From Blasia pusilla (lineage: Eukaryota), in the NCBI GenBank assembly GCA_050084515.1, contig CM114271.1, forward strand, positions 7,254,001 through 7,318,000: a stretch of DNA of 64,000 nt. The letters run 5' to 3'. A program made the position numbers and the translations under genes. The notes beneath the pieces are model-generated. The model made no database searches. It was not told the origin of the DNA and worked only from the letters and a program-made list of their open reading frames with translations. Shown in pieces: positions 1-12,639 of the stretch (its first letter is position 1; each line of letters opens with the position of its first letter).

Positions 1-153
1 TGGAGCAATTTATGACACTGGTCATTAAATCTGACTCTTTACAGAATATTTTTGTCTGGTACTTTCTCATAACATTTGTCAAACTCCTGCTGTGTACAAA
101 ACCTTTCCATGTCAAGATCCATGACATCCTCGATTGGGACTCATGCCTCGCAG

Positions 154-309
154 AAGACGGAAATGTTCTGACATGGGGTCATGGAGGCCACGGGCAGCTA
201 GGACATGGATCTCTCGATAATGGCAAAGTGCCATGTGTTGTTGAAAGTCTGATGGATGAAAGAGTTGTGTCAATAGCTTGTGGTGGTTCATGGACTGCTT
301 GTGTCACTG
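154..309 (+). CDS. RCC1-repeat protein, penultimate coding exon (gene starts upstream of window)
   Basis: EDGNVLTWGHGGHGQLGHG...VVSIACGGSWTACVT is an RCC1 repeat; AG acceptor at 152-153, GTGAGT donor at 310; phase 1 on both sides. Confidence 0.85.
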
Positions 310-855
310 GTGAGTTGAATCTCAGCTCCTGCCTAGATCCTTGTTGCTGAAGAAACCTTCATACTAAGAGCAATGAGAGAATCAGTAAACACGATTTCAA
401 TTATTTTTGGCCCGTATGTATCTCAAATGTTTAGCTTACACGTCTTGTGGAGTTGGTGATTTCACTCATTCCTGGTTAGTTGTGGTCTGGTTGCGTTACT
501 CCTTGAGACAACCTCGTAGTTTTTTGACAGCCTTTTCCCATCCGCCTTTTATTTATGTTTGCTGTTACTCTCTGATGTGACATGTGGAACAAGCTTGCTT
601 CAAGTTACTCATCTCTTCGGCATCCAGTGTTTCTCCACACAATACTTTGCTTCTTCCAATTGTTGAGCAGAGACATGGAAAATATTCAATGTCTACTTTA
701 AAAGCTTGTGTGGTGATCCTAAATTGTCAGCTGCTGGTTCCACATGCAATATATGAGTAAATTTCAATAGGGTTTGACAGCAAGTGCAGTCACAGGGGTG
801 TACCTTCATTGCCATGGTTGCTGAAATCTCATTTTCGTGACGGCTCATGTTGCAG

Positions 856-1043
856 CTACGGGGAAAATGTACACTTGGGGCAAGAACCGTGACAGTCAGC
901 TAGGTGTTCCCAGTCTCATGGATACGCAGATGACCCCTGTGTCCGTCACGTTCGGAGGAGAAGACCAGGGACATGTAATTGGTGTTGCTGCAGGGGCCAC
1001 GCATGGCATGTGTTTAGTCCGCAAATCAGAGCTAGAGAAATAA
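856..1043 (+). CDS. RCC1-repeat protein, last coding exon
   Basis: TGCAG acceptor ending 855, in phase with previous exon; TGKMYTWGKNRDSQLG...VAAGATHGMCL; stop TAA 1041-1043. Confidence 0.85.
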
Positions 1044-1799
1044 ACAGTGCTTGTGAACCAAATATTGGTTTTTTTTTTTTTGCATTTATCTTGGATCCTT
1101 GTCAACAAAAGCTTCCTCTCAAGCCCTAATTGGCCATGGGGGTTGTGAAGCTCCAAATGGAAAGGTAGTCCTGGGTACGACCAGGGGATCATGACGGAAC
1201 AATCGAGTTCCACCTTTCGGTGTAACCCAAAACTGCTTCACAGCTGCAACTTAGGTAGATTTGAATGGGAATTTCCTAGCCCATACTTTTGTGAGCTCTT
1301 CAAGAAAGTTCTTATAAGCTTACTTTGCAGGTTTCTAAGGACCTACATGCGTATCTTGGAATCGTGCAAATTGGAACACCAACACGAAAGCCACTACGGA
1401 CTCAAGGACAACCGCTTGGAAATTGCCAATATTGAACTCTAGTGGCACCTGGGCACTAGAGTCCATAGGGGCACTAGAGTCCATAAGTTGTTTATTTGTC
1501 AGATACTCAACTCACAATTGTGTGCTTTCAGACTCTACTTTATATAAACTTGTAGAGACAGAAGCTTAACATGAAGCATGATTCCCATCAAAAGGCCTCG
1601 AATTCCGATTGGAGGGTTCTTCTGTGGGGTCCTTGGCTTTCAAAATTTTGAAAGTGTTATTTGAAATCAATTTCAAGTAATTACATTGATTCAAAATGGT
1701 CACATTGTTAGTTGAAAGGGCCAAAAGAAGAGTCTTAAAAAAGAAGGGGTAGTCTTCAGGAATCCATCTTACCAATGGGTGGCAAAACAATTTTGTTGA

Positions 1800-4480
1800 G
1801 TGAAATGCTTTGGGAATTAAAAGAAAAATGATTTGATTAATGAAAATTTAAGTTTCTATTAATGTTTTTTTTAGGTGGGAAGAGTAGAAGGTGAGGAGTA
1901 GGCTTTGTTTTAAGTTTTCATGGAAGGGTGGAAGTGTTTGAAGGAGTGGGATCTATCTAATAATTGGCTACCACATATGCACAATAGGACAAGATGGCGG
2001 GACAATATGACAAAATACACTACACACTTGAATTTAGTTGACTTAGTCCGGTCAAAAATAGAAAAAGGAAATGAATAGGATTAGAATGGAATATGTATTA
2101 ATCAATTAATAATGAATTTAATATTCTAATGGGTCATTATAAATATTAATAAAATATAATTAATATGATAAATAACCAAAATTTTAGAATTTTTATTTCA
2201 AATCATATTTGATGGAGAAAGGACTAGATTTTGTTTAGATTTATGGAAAGATAAAATTACCTATTAGTGTATTGGGATATCATTTAAATCGATTGGAAGA
2301 TTATAATTACTAAGAATAGTGGAATGTTGTTATTTTTCTAAGATTTTAGAAAATAGAGATCATATTTAAAATTTGAAATAAGTAGCATGATCATTTTAAG
2401 AAATAACTATATTGATTTTGTTATATTTTAGGGTAAAAATTTGTATGAAACAAGAAAAGTTTGAATTTGCGTACAATATTGTTAATCCCTTCACTAACAA
2501 CAGTTTTTCAACCACTTTTTTTATTTTTCGAGCATCTCACGGATATTTTACTAGTATTATTTAATTCAGAAGTGGAGCTACTTAGAAGAGTGGAATGTTA
2601 GTATTCTTTTAAGATTTAAAAAAGTGAATTTTTTTATAAATTTAGAAAAAAGGATTACTTAAAAAAATAATCATGTTAATTTAAAATTTGAATTTTGGGA
2701 AAAATAATTTTGAATGAAACAAGGAAATTATTTCATTAATTAAATTTAACTAATTAATTAGTGGATGTTATTTTGATGGGAGGAGTAGAAGGGGGGGGGG
2801 AGGGGGGGGGGGCATAAATAGGTATTGACTAAACTTTTATAGAAGGGTGACATTATTTAAGGGAGTGGATGATTATTAAAGATTTAATCAAAAAGTGGAA
2901 TTATTTAGAAAAGTGAAGTGTTATTACTATTTTAAGGTTTAAGAAAATAGAAAATATATTTAAATTAAAAAATTAAAAAAAAATCATTTTCATGCATAAG
3001 CATGGACATGCTAAATAATAATATACTAGGATAAGCTCGTGCGAAGCGCTTGTTCAAATTACCTCCCATAATCAACTCTCAAGGTTTGCAATTCCTATTT
3101 TATATAGTTTCGAATGATCTTATTGGCATTTAAGGCGAGCGATTTTATTAGTTGAAAGTGCCGAGTGTCAAGAGGAGAGGACTTTGTAAAATTAAGAGGC
3201 ACTCTCCAATAATAATATAATTATTATATTATATATTATCTATATTACAATAGATGATCCTACATATACAATAAGATAAATAATGGAACAATGAGACAAA
3301 ATAGTAACATATTTAAATTTTGTCCCTACTCACGTTAGAATAGGAAAATGAATTCTAATGCAAGAGGAAGATATTTGTGTTAATTAATAATTTCATTAAT
3401 TTATATTTTAATGGATGATCCTAGGTGTACAATAGAAAAAAATAGTGGGATAATTGGAAAATATAGCAAAAAACTTGCAATGTCATCTCTTATTTCATAT
3501 TTGATAGGAAGGGAAAATGATTTTCAATGGAGAAGTAGTAGATACTCTTAAAATGTTATAGAAGGTTGAAATTATTCATGGGAACGGGGTATCATTTATA
3601 TTTTAATACAAGAGTGTAATTACTAAGAAGAGTAGAATATTACTACTCTTTTAAAAAACATAAAAATTCTATTAAAATTTTAAAAGAAAAAAATTTGACT
3701 GTTTTCTTTAATAATATTATTCATTCACATTTGTTAGTTTGGGAGAGGAAATGAATTTGAATGGAAAAGGGAAAGGATTCCATTAGATAATTTAGTACGA
3801 AGATGTTATTTTGGTGGAAAAAATGAAGGGAAGAATAGATATTGTTTGAACTTTTATGGAAGGATGAAATTATTTACACGAGTTGGATATTATTTAAATT
3901 TAAATTTATAATTATTTTAAAAGTGAAATGATGATAATATTTTAAGAAAGTAGAAATTCTACTTTAAATTTTAAATAAAAATAGTTATAAATTATAAAAA
4001 AGTCATTTTCGACTGCAAACATAGACATGCTAACCACTAGATTATAATTGTCAATCTTATATGCACAATAAGATAAAATAGAAATAAAATAAGAAACATA
4101 ATGAGAAGTTTCCAAATTTATCCATGAATTCACACTTCATATTTTGGGAAGGGAAAATAAATTTGAATGGAAGAGGGAAATAATGTTTTTAATTAAGATT
4201 AACTAATGATTTAATTAAAGTGCATCATTTTGGTGGGAGTCATAGAGGGGGAGGAGTAGACATCCCTTAAACTTTTACGGAAGGGTGGAATTATTCAGGG
4301 TAGTGGGGTATTATTTAAATTTAGGAATAGAATTACTTACAAGAGCGGAATGTTATTGCTCTTTTAAGATTTAAGAAAGTGAAAATCATGTTTAAATTTT
4401 GGAGTAAAAATTATGTTAATTTAAAAAAAAAATTATACCAATGACTTACTATTCTTCATACTAATGGCCTACTCTTCATT
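1800..4480. repeat. AT-rich degenerate repeated region, probably decayed non-autonomous TE(s)
   Basis: Very AT-rich; motifs such as AACTTTTAYGGAAGGGTGGAATTATT and AAGAGTGGAATGTTA recur several times (e.g. ~1915, ~2830, ~3850, ~4270). Confidence 0.45.
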
Positions 4481-4487
4481 CTTAGCT

Positions 4488-6253
4488 TGTCGTGCGCGTA
4501 CACATCGCTATACAACATACATCGCTGTCACCAAACACACACATAAACCCGCACGATCCCATCCTAACTCATGGCAAGAAGTACCAAAATATCTCCAATA
4601 AAATAAAATCCAATCTCTCTCACAACACCATAGTTCTCGCATGTGGCCATTCTCACATGTCTCTCAAAATGTTAAACCAAACCCACTCTCCTAATGAGAA
4701 GCTTGGGTTACACACAGAAGGCAAGCAAGACCATAACTTCACCGCCTCATGCCAAGAGGTTCAACAAAGAGAGAATAAGCTCTCAAGCTCTTTCTCCTTG
4801 AGGTATATCCCTCTTCTCTCCCAAGGTCTCTCCACGATAACCTATGCTCCCAAGTCACCTCCTTGGCTCTTGACTTGATGTAACACGTCAAGGGACACTT
4901 ACCAAAAATAGAAAGTCGATCATATACTTAAAATAGTACTAACCTAAAATAACAAGTTCCTCAATATGGCTCCAAATGAGCCGAAACGAAGGGGAAACTT
5001 GCTCTCTCAGGTTTCTCAAGGCCTTAACAGGTCATCCTCGACCTACTGAGCCTGTCCTCCACTACTCACGAAGGCGTTCTACTAGATCTCACCGACCTAT
5101 CCTAAAAGCCGTGATAGTTTTCGTGCGTATACACATCACTAGACAACATACATCGCTGTCACCAAACACACACACAAACACGCACGATCCCATGCTAACT
5201 CATGGCATCCAAACAACGAAGCAAGAAGTACCAAAATATCTCCAATCGTCCCCCTAGCTGGTGGTTAGGTCCCTCTAACTCCAAATAGCCATCTATCCCT
5301 ACCTACCATAACATACATCTCTCGGACGCCAAGAGCAAGAAGGCCGGGTGCTCATGTGGCCCCATCATTTGTCGCCTTCTTATTATCCATATCACAAATA
5401 CAAATCGGAATGTAGAACTACCTACTCTATGTACATCTGGGACACATCAATCATCCCTACGAAACCCTAATGAGAGGTGGCTCAAATATGCCATATACCA
5501 TCCTCTCGAACACCCATCACAGACTATTATAGTGGATGCACCATAGGCGGAACCGCACAACATACATCGCAAGCCTCCAGGAACTATTACTAAGCTTAGA
5601 TCAAGTGTACCGTCAATGTTCGGAAGATGACATGGCGCACAGTTACGCACATGGTCCTTCCAAACCATACCATTGCGTCCCTCCAATAAGAGAACACCAG
5701 ATGGCAAAACCTTAGACACTCTTAAGATGGTGCGCCCTACAATCACATCCAACATTGTGGGTACCGTCTCGTGCAAGTAGACATAGTCTCCCTGATGAAA
5801 CCTCCGGATAGTAGGTCGATAACCACCTCCCCGAATAGTCGCATACCTCAACGTATCCCGATGTTGCGCAATCGTCAAGTTCTCAAAGGCTATGGGCATC
5901 ACTCTCCAAAATAACTCAGCCCTCTGAGAACATGCTCGCATCCATACATCAGGGTCATCAAGGTTCAACACCTCATCAACATCTCGATGAATGGCCGTTG
6001 GTAAATCTGGCTCTCGGCCATAAAGCAACAAGTACGGTATGAGAGAGGCTAAGGATGTCTACCTGCTGAATCTGTATCCCATCGCCAACCACGGCAACTG
6101 AAGGTCCCAATCTCCTAGGTGACCTTTATGCAAGCCATACTTGCATAGTCCTCTCTTCACCATCTGCACAACCCGCTCCACTAGTCCATCTGCCTCAAAA
6201 TGATCTTGCGAAGTAGTGCGGTGGTCAATCAGTGCCTGATCACACAAGGCTTC
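4488..6253 (-). mobile_element. E1 (3' part): Gypsy-type retrotransposon with split direct repeats, interrupted by E2
   Basis: Begins TGTCGTGCG at 4488; Y repeat 4488-4599, X repeat 4600-5116, Y repeat 5119-5246, purine tract 5247-5256, then PHD finger and integrase C-half (DHRTTS..DH.EADGL.ERVV). Confidence 0.9.
5432..5570 (-). pseudogene. PHD finger at C-terminus of E1 pol (decayed)
   Basis: CMLCGS...IIVCDGCSRGWYMAYL...CPRC, C4HC3-like with substitutions and a frameshift. Confidence 0.75.
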
Positions 6254-6359
6254 TATCGTGCGAATCCACATCGTCATACAACATACATCGCTGACATACC
6301 ATACCACATACATACATAACATAGACGAGAGTATCCAAAAACGCAAGTGTACCACAACT
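6254..6359 (-). repeat. E2 short repeat Y (terminal copy)
   Basis: Near-identical to 6729-6835. Confidence 0.9.
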
Positions 6360-6726
6360 GAAATCCGTGAAAGACCTACTGTCATAAAACACGTTTACAA
6401 TCACATACAATCGAGCCAAACCCACTCCACGATGGGAGAATCTAGGTCGAAGCTTGCGGGAAACACCATAGCCAAGAGCTCTACTCACTACCAAGGCTAA
6501 CTCCCAACGCATAACAGGCTCAACTCAAAGAATCGATCGTTCTTTGAGGGCAAGCCACCTTATATCCTCCAACCTAAGAGCGGGCCCTACGGGAAAGTCA
6601 CCCCAAGTGAGTAACCCCAACCCTATGTATGGAACCGCATCTCTACCAAGCCACTACGGTCCTACATAAGGAATGGCCTCTACTAAAGACACCATACTCT
6701 ACGACATAATCCGTATGGTCATGACG
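6360..6726 (-). repeat. E2 long repeat X (3' copy)
   Basis: Near-identical to 15626-15992. Confidence 0.9.
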
Positions 6727-6728
6727 CT

Positions 6729-6835
6729 TGTCGTGCGAATCCACATCGTCATACAACATACATCGCCGACATACCATACGCACATACATACATAACATAG
6801 ACGAGAGTATCCACAAACGCAAGTGTACCACAACT
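6729..6835 (-). repeat. E2 short repeat Y (internal copy, next to PPT-like tract)
   Basis: TGTCGTGCGAATCCACATCG...GTACCACAACT followed by CGCCCCTA (minus strand TAGGGGCG). Confidence 0.9.
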
Positions 6836-7008
6836 CGCCCCTAATCTGGCGGTTAGGTCCTCTAACTCCCAGGTAGCCCTATACATCTACTACATGCTAT
6901 ACACCTTCTTGGGTGCCCGAATCGAAGGCCGGGTGCTAGGTTGCCCCATCGTTAGTCGCACATCCGTAATCCATATCATGCAAAGATCAAGTCATCTACC
7001 TCTCCTAA

Positions 7009-7144
7009 GTACATCGAGGACAAACCCACCTTCCAGAGGGAACAACATCCAAACGTGGAGTCAAACACATCATGTGCCAACCCCTAGAACACCGATCACA
7101 CACCAACATACGGCTGCGTTACGTTGAGACCCACACAACATGCA
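7009..7144 (-). pseudogene. PHD finger at C-terminus of E2 pol
   Basis: RCMLCGS...MLVCDRCSRGWHMMCLTPRLDVVPSGRWVCPRC (one frameshift). Confidence 0.85.
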
Positions 7145-7159
7145 CCTCAAGCTAGCACG

Positions 7160-8360
7160 TATCATGGCTAAGCTTGGGTCAACAAGACCATCCACATTTG
7201 GAAGATGACATGGCGCACAATTACGCACATGGTCCTTCCAAACAACTCCATCACGACCCTCCAACATGAGAACTCCGAAGCTAACACCTCACGCACTCGT
7301 AAAATAGTGCGGCTGCCGTCACATCCAACGTTGTCGGGCAACCGCTGCAAATAGACATAGTCCCCACATGGAACCTACGAATCGATGGTCGATAACCTCC
7401 ACCCGAATGGTTGCATACCGCAACGTATCCTTGTGTTGAGCAATGGCAAGATTCTCAAAGGTGTTGGCATAACTCTCTCAAAGAGCTCCGCCGAGAACAC
7501 ACCTCATCCACATCTCGGGTCATCAAGGTTCACCACCTCACTAGACTCCCGACAAATTGCCGGCAAGTCCGGATCTCGGCCGTATAACAGAAAATAAGGT
7601 GAGAAGGAAGCCAAGGATGCTTGGCGATCGAACCTATAACCCATGGCTAACCATGGCAATCGAATATCCAGTCTCCAAGATGCCTTTTGTAGGCCATACT
7701 TGCGCAATGCCCTCTTCACCGCCTCGAACCACATGCTCAGCCAAACCATCCGCCCGGATGATCTCGAGACGTGGTCCGATGATCAATCAACGCCTTGTCA
7801 CACAAGACTGAAACTCACCCAAACTCAGACCCTGGGGTCGGTCAAGACTTCAGCTGGTGCACCAAAATGACTAAGCACTCTATCCGTAAACGCATACGCC
7901 GTTCCTCACTTGCCTTGTCCGGTAATGCCACCAACTCAATCCACTTGGAGAAGTGCTCCACCATCACCAACACATATCGATGATGTCGTACAGTCAACGG
8001 TAACGGTCCCGCAAAGTCCACACTCCAACGGTAACCCAACCCCATAATAGGCAAGGGGTGTAATTGTGGTGTAGGGGCATGAAATGATGCCCTCACCCGG
8101 TCACAAACCATATAACGTGACACCGACTGCTGCACCTGAGTATGCATGCCACGCCACCAATACTGGCCAAGGAGTAAGCTATACGTACGCTTTACCCCAA
8201 AATGTCCCAACTCCTCATGGGCATGTCGCACAATGCGCTCTCTCTGAGCCAAATGTGGCACTACTCGTACTCTACCATCCTCCCATACGCGGAGAATATG
8301 TGTTCCCTCCAATCGATACCTCTTAGCACGTTGAAGAACACGGTCTTGCTCCTTGGCACT
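7160..8360 (-). pseudogene. E2 DDE integrase (frameshifted)
   Basis: HAHEELGHFG...VCDRV zinc-binding domain; WSVDFAGP, VEHFSKWIELVALP, EVLTD rve core. Confidence 0.9.
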
Positions 8361-8362
8361 CA

Positions 8363-10099
8363 CTATGCCTGGCACCCTACTGGTCCGTAGGAACTCCAAC
8401 ACCAACGCATCATCATGAATATCACGCTGATCCGTACCACCATCTCCAACCTTAGGATCTCAAGGTCGCCATCTACCCTCCGACTAGAGTAAGATATCAT
8501 GTGGTCCTCCATACTAGAGTCCACCCCTAACCAACATAAAAAGGCGGATGCATGCCAACATGGCACCATCTCCTCATCAACCTCGCCATGCCATCTAGCC
8601 CAAGTTCTATCCTCTTGGCTAGTACATGGGTTCCTACTCAACCCATCAGCATCAAGGTTGGCAACTCCAGGTCTATGTACCACCTGGAAGTCATACTCCT
8701 GTAAGATAAGAGCCCACCGTGCAAGCTTCCCTGTAAGCTTGTCCGACTCCATCAACCACTTGAGCGGCTGGTGATCAGTAACAAGGGTAAACTGTGTGCC
8801 AAACAAGTAACACCTAAAGTGTGCCACAGCCCACACTAGTGCCAAGCACTCTCCCTCATATGAACTATAGCGCGACTCCGCTGCATTATTCGAACGACTT
8901 GCATAGGCCACCACAAATTCCATGTGCTCATCATCATGTTGTGTCAATACCGCTCCAAGTCCCAACCTACTCCAATCAATGTGTAACTGAAATGGGCGCC
9001 CTCTGATAGGTCTCCTCAAGATAGGCGCCGCCACCAACAGGGCCTTAAGCTCCACAAAAGCTCTCTCGTGATCATCTCTCCAGTGCCACTCTTGATCTGA
9101 TTTCAGCAATTGGTTCAAAGGCTTTGCCATAGCACTAAATCCCTTCACATACCTCCGATAGTAGTTCTCCAATCCCATGAATGCTCGAACTCTACTCACA
9201 TCTATCGGACGCGGAATAAGTGCAATAGCCTCCATCTTTGCTTGCTGAACTCCCAAACCATCTGGATAGATCACATGACCCAAGTACTCAACATCCTTAT
9301 GGAAGAACTTACACTTTCCTGGATGCAAACGTAGACCATGAGCTTTCAACCACTCAAACACCATCTGCAAATGTATCTGATGCTCCTCCACCGTGTTACT
9401 GAACACCAAGATATCATCAATGTAACACCGAACAAAATCCAACCCTGCTAGGATCCTGTCCATCACTCTTTGAAACTCGGTAGGTGCATTTTTCAACCCA
9501 AAGGGTAAGAATTTCCACTGGTACAAACAATCCTTGCCATGAGAGTTGACACCCCAAAATGCTGTCTTGGCCTTGTCACTCTCCCGAATCGGCAATTAAT
9601 GGTATCTTGCCTGAAGATCCAAAGTACTGAAAATCTTTGCCTGTCCCACCATATCAAAGATCTCCTCAGGTGTAGGCATGGCATACCTATCGGCCTTGGT
9701 TTGCCAATTGATAGGACGGTAATCTCCACACATCCGCGTATCCGTGTAGTTGCCATGCATATCCTTTTTAGCAGGCATGACAGTGGCTGATGCATACTCT
9801 CCATGCGACAACTCCACTAATCCAGCCTCCGAAAGGTCCAACGTCCTACTCTGAATCAAGTCCCTCTCCATATCACTATATCGGTAGGGACGACGGAAGA
9901 TTGGCATATCACTAGCCAAATCAATCCGTATACCGGGTCCAACCAGAGAACCCAACTCCTTCATGCTAAAGGCAAAACAACTCCTATAAGCACGTAGGAA
10001 CTGTGTGAAGCGTCGTTTCTCACCTCCCGTAAGCTTGGGCCCAAGTAATGGCTCCCAAGTCTCCTCCACTGGCACACTAGAGGGAGAGGATGATGCCAT
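8363..10099 (-). pseudogene. E2 reverse transcriptase + RNase H (one in-frame stop at 9596)
   Basis: RMCGDYRPIN, KTAFW, LPFGLKNAP, YIDD, KCKFF..VEYLGH; RNase H FQLHIDWS..GLGAVL, TDHQPLKWL. Confidence 0.95.
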
Positions 10100-10349
10100 T
10101 GGCTGCTACGCAACCCCCTCACAAGATGGTACACCCTTAGCTACACCATCATCTGAGCAAATAACTCCTCCACCAGCATGAGCAACCAACTCCACATGCC
10201 CAGCCATTACATCCCATCTACTCCAAGGATGCAAAATACTACTCTCCTTGCCCCCATCCGATGCCTCTACCGTCCCGGTAGCCAACGAGCTCATTACAAG
10301 GGGTGGAAGACCCACAGACATAGTCCGAAGTCGACGCTGCTCGGCCATA

Positions 10350-11310
10350 CCAAGACTCAAAATCCAAGTCAAACAATTCAGGTCCATGGCCTGACCCAAC
10401 ACATGACGTGGTGAAGCCTCAGAAATAGAAGCAACCGCTGTCACACCAGTAGCAAATCCCATCGCATGCTCTCTCTCATCAGCGTTAGGCTCCACCAACT
10501 GTCGCACATGAGAATCCCATACAAGCCCCTGACCACCTTCCCTGTAGGCATGTGACGAGGGAAAACTCACAAATGTGGGTAGTGCCATCCTAGGTTGGCC
10601 CACACGGTTCACCACTGCCATGGGTGACCGATCAATAACCCTCACCACTTGGGAAAGTCGCCCAGTATCCAAGATACTATCCACTGTAAGGCGAGGATCC
10701 CGCTGCACTGCATCATATGCTCGACGTAGAACCTCCCTAGGCAACAAGTTTATCCACCACAAGCATGGACGATGTGCACGCGAGCCAACTCGCGCTGCAT
10801 CCAACAACACCGCTGGTCCAATCCAAGAGCGCACCTCATGAACACTCGCCATCATCCGGGTCCGAGTGTCACCCAACAATGGAACATTCTCCAGAATGTA
10901 AGCTAGAGCACGTGCTTGATGAACCTGAAGATGTCATAACACCCGTAACATCTCCCAAAACAATCGAGACCTAGGGTCATGTAATCCCTCACCACGACCA
11001 GCACGTGTATGACCCTGACATGGCCATCCAGCAATCACCAAATCCACAGGACCAATTCTCTCAAGGTCCTACGCCCCCAACAATGCAATGTGTGATGGTA
11101 AAGCACGCTGGTACCCACGAATAGCTGATGGCGGCAACAACTCACGATATCTCCGCATCAAGTGACCAATATGTCGGGATGAGACTCTCTGGGCCGTCTC
11201 ATCTCGCTCCACATACACGTATCTCTGCACAGGAATACCGGCCTGCAACACTGCAGCCAAACCAGTGCTAATCCCACCAAAGAGATCTAACACACAAATG
11301 CCCTCCGCGG
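10350..11310 (-). pseudogene. E2 C5-cytosine DNA methyltransferase domain, DNMT3-like
   Basis: Motifs in order: VLDLFGGISTG (I), YVERD (II), VDLVIAGWPCQG (IV), YILENV (VI), AHRPCLWWINL (VIII), ERE.AMGF (IX), VLGQAMDL (X). Confidence 0.9.
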
Positions 11311-11779
11311 ATCTTGCCATACAATGGGTGTAGTATCCAAAGGGGATAACCAATGGGCAGAAGTAGGAGTCCGCCGTGGGGCCTCCTCTTCCTCGTGAGG
11401 TATAATGACCTCACACCAAGCCTCTGCACTAGGCGATCACCTCTGCCGTAGTGCACGCGTGAAGTCCAAAGTGGCACATCCAACGATGAGGATGCCCTTT
11501 GCTGCAAAAATAGGGACCTCCTCTTTCTCCTCATGCGCAGGAGAATCCATAGCGTAAAACATTACCCTCCAAAAGTCTCCTGGCCAAGTGACTACTCCAC
11601 TAAAACCAACCACAGATGCTAACACTTTGTTGGGGAAGACCTCTCTGGTCGAGCCCCGAAATAAATCTCACAGAACTTGGCTCATACGTCCATCCCGGAT
11701 GCCAACCAGGTCTATAAGACTGTCTCACCCGATTATCCCTCTCGAAAACCCATCGGGTACAATCGCTCCTCCAACTAGT

Positions 11780-12100
11780 ACATCATATATACGACTCACT
11801 GATGTGACTACATGCAGATACTCCCAACCGGGAGCTATCGTTGCATGATCTGGTCTCAACTGACAAAAACTTCTCCCGTGTCATGAATTGAGACCTATCA
11901 TTGGCTCCTCCAAGTGATGTTTGAATCTGGAATGGGCAAGGCTCAAGCTCGACCTCCGAATACCCAAACCAATACATGCCGCCTTTCCCAACATCAAGGT
12001 TGGGCACCGAGTCTAACAAGACTCTATCTGGTCTATACACATGTCTGTAGGACTCACCAATCAGAAGATCCCACTCCGGTTGTCCAACATACATACACCA
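11780..12100 (-). pseudogene. E2 retropepsin-like aspartic protease region
   Basis: RVLLDS motif, homologous to E1 RVLLDSGAQPLMLG. Confidence 0.6.
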
Positions 12101-12639
12101 GGTGTAAGCCTCTCACGATCAATGGCTGGCCGGGTGGTAATGCATCCATCTTCGCCGCGCCGCCGCAAAGTAGCACCGGGTACTCAATGCTACTCTTGAC
12201 ATAGAGGGTCGCTCCACCGCAACACCCTCATCCACCTCAACACGTAGCAAGAATAACACCCCACGTTCACACAACGTGGTCGCTAGCTGAAATACAGGAG
12301 CTAAGTCAACTCCTAAAGCCATCACCGTGGCGAAAACAATGGGGATCCCATTCATGAAGTTGCCATCCGCATCATTGCATTGATGTCGCATCCGTGTCTA
12401 CTACACGCGATGTAGATGCCTCGATCCCCACTGTCGGCTCAATAGGCTGCGTGAGGAACCATGGATGGAGTCCTAAGCACCTCAGACAACAAGAATGACT
12501 GGGAAGCCTAGCCTCGCCTCCGGCCTCACCCCTCTGTGGGTCCAACTCCACAAGAGCATCACGTGGCTCGACGCTCGAGTGGCTCCTCTCAGAATCGCGG
12601 TGATGCCTCAACTGTCTTTGCACTCGCCATATAAGAGAG

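Noticed and set aside
1451-1485. 18-bp tandem duplication GGGCACTAGAGTCCATA
   Set aside because: Simple slippage-type duplication with no further structure
4488-5246. Reading Y-X-Y as a solo LTR or tandem insertion beside a truncated element
   Set aside because: The same arrangement occurs in all four copies from three families, and TSDs flank the whole X...Y-X-Y unit in E2 and E3
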